Shown: in pieces, positions 60,839 to 64,000 of the stretch
How the letters are laid out: every line of letters starts with the position of its first letter
Position numbering within the stretch: the first letter of the stretch is position 1
Assembly (NCBI GenBank): GCA_963749655.1
Contig: CAVVOB010000016.1
Location: forward strand, 32,001-96,000
Direction: 5' to 3'
DNA: 64,000 nt
Origin: Nitrospirota bacterium
GTDB lineage: Bacteria > Nitrospirota > UBA9217
Translations under genes and position numbers: made by a program
Notes under the pieces: model-generated
Told to the model about the DNA's origin: nothing
The model's database searches: none
The model's input: only the letters and a program-made list of their open reading frames with translations

Positions 60839-63565
60839 CTATTGACTTATGCGGGCAAAGTAACTGAGCGGATCGATGCCGACGCTTGTAAAATTACCTC
60901 CGGCATAGACCATGCTGCCGCTGATCGCTATGGTATTGACCCAACTGTTCGGATTCGGGTTCCATAACGCCACCGTGTGCCCGGAAGCGTCAAGCGCCGC
61001 AATGTTCTTCCTCGCAGCACCTCCGATAGCGGTGAATTCTCCTCCCGCATAGATCGTGGAACTGTTTAAGGTCACGGCTAGAGCGAAAACCGGAAAATCT
61101 GCATCAGGAATCCAGGATGGATCGACGGTCCCGGACACAGTGTCGAGCAAGGCGATATTTTTTCTTGATATGCCGCCGATGCTTGAAAAATCACCCCCCA
61201 CATAGAGTGAGGAGGTCCCGCTCGTTGCCAGCGCGTAGACTGAATTTCCCGCGTCGACATTGGGGTTCCACGATGTAATAGTCCCTGAAGCATCTATCGC
61301 AGCAAGATGACTTCTCAGAGTTGGTGTTGAGTTTGAATGGAGGTTCGTAAAGTCCCCTCCTGCATACACAATACTGCCGTCTCCGCTGATTGCCAGGGCA
61401 TAGACAAAGCCGTCAGCATCGGGGTCCCAGGATCCCACGCTGCCGGTACCGGTGTCGATCGCGGCGAGGTAGTTCCTCGGTTGACTCTGCATGTAAGTAA
61501 ATTCTCCTCCTGCATAAACCGTAGACCCGCTTACAGCAAGAGCATCAACTGCCCCATCTGCCGAAGGATTCCAGCCGGTGCTGGTCCCTGTTCCCCATGA
61601 ATTAAGGGCCGCGATGTTATTCCTCGGCTGTCCTCCAATGTTCGTAAAATTTCCTCCGGCATACACCGTGTTTGCACTCACGGTAAGGGCCGACACAGGG
61701 TTGTTCGCATTCGGGTTCCAGGACGTAAGGTTTCCAGCAACGTCAAAAGAGGCAACATGATTTCTTGTCTGGCTGCCGACACTGGTAAAACTGCCTCCGG
61801 CAAACACTGTGCTCCCGTAGACCCCAAGCGTCCAGACGGTACTGTTGGCATCGGGGTTCCAGGATGTTGCAGTGCCGCTGGTTGAACTCAATGCGGCAAT
61901 ATTGCTTCTTGATGCGCCGCCGATGCTGGTAAAATCTCCGCCGGCATAGATGGTGGTCCCGCTGGCGACGAGTGTCAAGACCGTAGCATTCGCATTGGGA
62001 TTCCAACTCGTGGCGTTGCCTGCCATATCAAACGCTGCAATGTGATTTCTGTTCGATGACGCTGTTCCTGTTCCGACAGTGACAAAATCCCCGCCTGCAT
62101 ACACAGTATCTCCGGCTCCATTCAACGCCAGTGCCCATACGATATTATCGGCTTCAGGTGCCCAGGATGTCGCGGTGCCTGTTCCCGAAGTATTGAGCGC
62201 CGCGACATAGTTGCGCGTCGGCTCGCTTCCAATCGTTGTGAAATCTCCGCCGACATACAGCGTGCTTCCTGTTCCATCAAGTGCAAGGGCGTAGACCGCG
62301 CTTAACGGCCCAGCCTGGGCGTCCCAGGAGTTTGCACTGCCTGTTGTCGTATCAAGTGCAGCGATGGCGGTTCTCGTCTGACCGCTGATGACGGTAAAAT
62401 CCCCGCCTGCGTATAAGGTGCTGTTTCCTGCATTCAGCGCAAGAGCGAAAACGGTATTGTCTGCGCCTGGATTCCACACAGTCGCCGCTCCCGCTGCATC
62501 GAGCGCAGCGATATTGTTCCTCGATTGTCCGCCGATAGATGTAAAACTTCCGCCCGAATAAACCGCGCTCCCATTCACCGCAAGAGCCAGGACCGTTCCG
62601 CTTGCGTTCGGGTTCCACGAAGGATCAACCGATCCATCGGGAAGAATATGGGCGATGTTGTTCCTTGTGATTCCGCCAACATGAGTAAATAAACCTCCGA
62701 TGTACCAACCGCCGGAACCGTCGGGAGCAACTGCATAGACTTCGCCTGAGACTCTTGGATAGACCGATACCGGCGATCCCGATGTTGCGTCGAGAGGCAC
62801 CGCGCTGCCCGTAGCCGGACCGATCTTTGTGAAATTACCGCCGAGATAGGTTGTTCCGCTGGATGCGACGGCAATAGACAGGACTTCCCCGTTCGTCACG
62901 AACGGAATTGCCGGCGGGGTTGCTTTCGGCGTTGCCGAAACCTCGGCGGAAAGTCCGCTCTCGATGCCGGACGTGCTTGTGGCGGTGACGGCATAATAGT
63001 AGGACGTCCCGTTATACAGGGATTGATGGGTGTAGGGCGACGTTGCATTGGTTATCTTGTTCGACGAGGTTGTAACACCGGGAGCATAACTCCAGTAAAC
63101 GGTATAGGATTGGGCATTTGCCACAGCGTCCCAGGACAATATGTTCTGACCGTTGCCTGCCATTACCGTAATGTTAGCCGGCACGCCCGCAATCACCACC
63201 TCCGGTGTGGCCGAGACTTCCGCCGACAGACCGCTCTCGCCTATGGCGTTCGATGCGCTCACAGCGTAATAGTATGCCGTGCCGTTCGTGAGGCTTGAAT
63301 GAACATAAGGCGAGGTTGCGCCGGTTATCGCTGAATCCGATTTCGTGACTCCCGGAGAATTCTTCCAGTAAACGGTATATGACGTGGCCCTTGACGCGGC
63401 CCCCCAGCTCAGTGTTACCTGGCCGTCCCCTGAAGTTGCCGTGACGTTCGACGGCGCGTCGGGCGCGGTAGCTCCGCTGATGCCGGTGCTGCCGCCTCCT
63501 CCGGAGCAGGATAGAAACGTAAGAGACAGAAGTGCGACGACCAGGGTCATGGATACTTTTTTCAT
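60839..63565 (-). CDS. Surface lipoprotein with two FN3 domains and ~12 beta-propeller-like repeats
   Basis: Lipobox FLSC. Two LxNGTxYYYAV FN3 units. Repeats of YAGGxFTxIGGxxRxNIAAL..WNP.A. Confidence 0.85.
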   Translation of the reverse strand: MKKVSMTLVVALLSLTFLSCSGGGGSTGISGATAPDAPSNVTATSGDGQVTLSWGAASRATSYTVYWKNSPGVTKSDSAITGATSPYVHSSLTNGTAYYYAVSASNAIGESGLSAEVSATPEVVIAGVPANITVMAGNGQNILSWDAVANAQSYTVYWSYAPGVTTSSNKITNATSPYTHQSLYNGTSYYYAVTATSTSGIESGLSAEVSATPKATPPAIPFVTNGEVLSIAVASSGTTYLGGNFTKIGPATGSAVPLDATSGSPVSVYPRVSGEVYAVAPDGSGGWYIGGLFTHVGGITRNNIAHILPDGSVDPSWNPNASGTVLALAVNGSAVYSGGSFTSIGGQSRNNIAALDAAGAATVWNPGADNTVFALALNAGNSTLYAGGDFTVISGQTRTAIAALDTTTGSANSWDAQAGPLSAVYALALDGTGSTLYVGGDFTTIGSEPTRNYVAALNTSGTGTATSWAPEADNIVWALALNGAGDTVYAGGDFVTVGTGTASSNRNHIAAFDMAGNATSWNPNANATVLTLVASGTTIYAGGDFTSIGGASRSNIAALSSTSGTATSWNPDANSTVWTLGVYGSTVFAGGSFTSVGSQTRNHVASFDVAGNLTSWNPNANNPVSALTVSANTVYAGGNFTNIGGQPRNNIAALNSWGTGTSTGWNPSADGAVDALAVSGSTVYAGGEFTYMQSQPRNYLAAIDTGTGSVGSWDPDADGFVYALAISGDGSIVYAGGDFTNLHSNSTPTLRSHLAAIDASGTITSWNPNVDAGNSVYALATSGTSSLYVGGDFSSIGGISRKNIALLDTVSGTVDPSWIPDADFPVFALAVTLNSSTIYAGGEFTAIGGAARKNIAALDASGHTVALWNPNPNSWVNTIAISGSMVYAGGNFTSVGIDPLSYFARISQ

Positions 63566-63651
63566 GACAATCTCCTAACGCGCGTCAAAGCAGCCTCAGA
63601 ACCTGTAAACCGGGAATGCAGGGGACGCGGTGAAAGTGACGTGCGCGGCTC

Positions 63652-64000
63652 TCAGGCCGTTGCTTTTTTATCTATCGTTACCGGCGTCTTTTTCTGGATA
63701 TTCATGATGAGCGCGTTCATTGCATCGCGCTGTTTTTCCGCCAGAAGGGTCTGCCGGAAAGTCTCTCTATTCTTCTCGAAGTCTCCGGGTTTCGCTTTGG
63801 GGTTCTTTTCCTGATAGGCGGCCTTCAGTTCGGCGTCGTCCACGGCAACGCTGTCTCTTACAATGCGTTCAACCTTTTCCCTTAGGAGAAACTCCCGCTG
63901 CTTGGCCTCGAAAACCGCGGGGGTCATATTGACGCGGTTGAGAATCCCCTCGTAGACCTGCTTGTCGAACCTGCCGTTTCGGGAAAAAGCGGGCATGTTG
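63652..64000 (-). CDS. SurA N-terminal / PpiD-like protein, 5' end outside the window
   Basis: PAFSRNGRFDKQVYEGIL..MTPAVFE..VAVDDAELKAAY. Confidence 0.7.
   Translation of the reverse strand, partial: NMPAFSRNGRFDKQVYEGILNRVNMTPAVFEAKQREFLLREKVERIVRDSVAVDDAELKAAYQEKNPKAKPGDFEKNRETFRQTLLAEKQRDAMNALIMNIQKKTPVTIDKKATA

Overview
GC-rich bacterial chromosome segment. Gene content suggests an anaerobic Nitrospirota or Desulfobacterota organism (inference only). About 16 genes carry single-base frameshifts that look like long-read consensus errors, so I call them CDS rather than pseudogenes. Contents in order: ABC ATPase with a divergent TetR; a TetR-EmrAB-TolC efflux operon; a diheme cytochrome c peroxidase; a sigma54-preceded heptaheme lipoprotein; a three-gene phosphorelay; a Rieske/cytochrome b complex with two pentaheme cytochromes; and a ~21 kb arsenic/molybdenum island (ECF sigma cluster, ArsP-type permeases, thioredoxins, ccdA, acr3, arsR, MoeA-like, ModE, FmdE, and the tatA-arrABD operon with a 4Fe-4S gene and no arrC or arsC). 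After that come an RRM/rpsU locus, a ferritin-GGDEF protein facing a 928-aa cNMP/AAA+/Fe-S membrane fusion, a probable CxxC/RPP ribosome-arrest leader ahead of a His/Met-rich ICMT-family gene, a HAMP-heptaheme-HAMP operon, an M20 peptidase, a REC-PilZ protein, a repeat-rich surface lipoprotein and a partial SurA/PpiD gene. Many short-period (7-9 nt) palindromic repeats are present, some inserted inside coding sequence. I recognised no rRNA, tRNA, CRISPR array or transposase.
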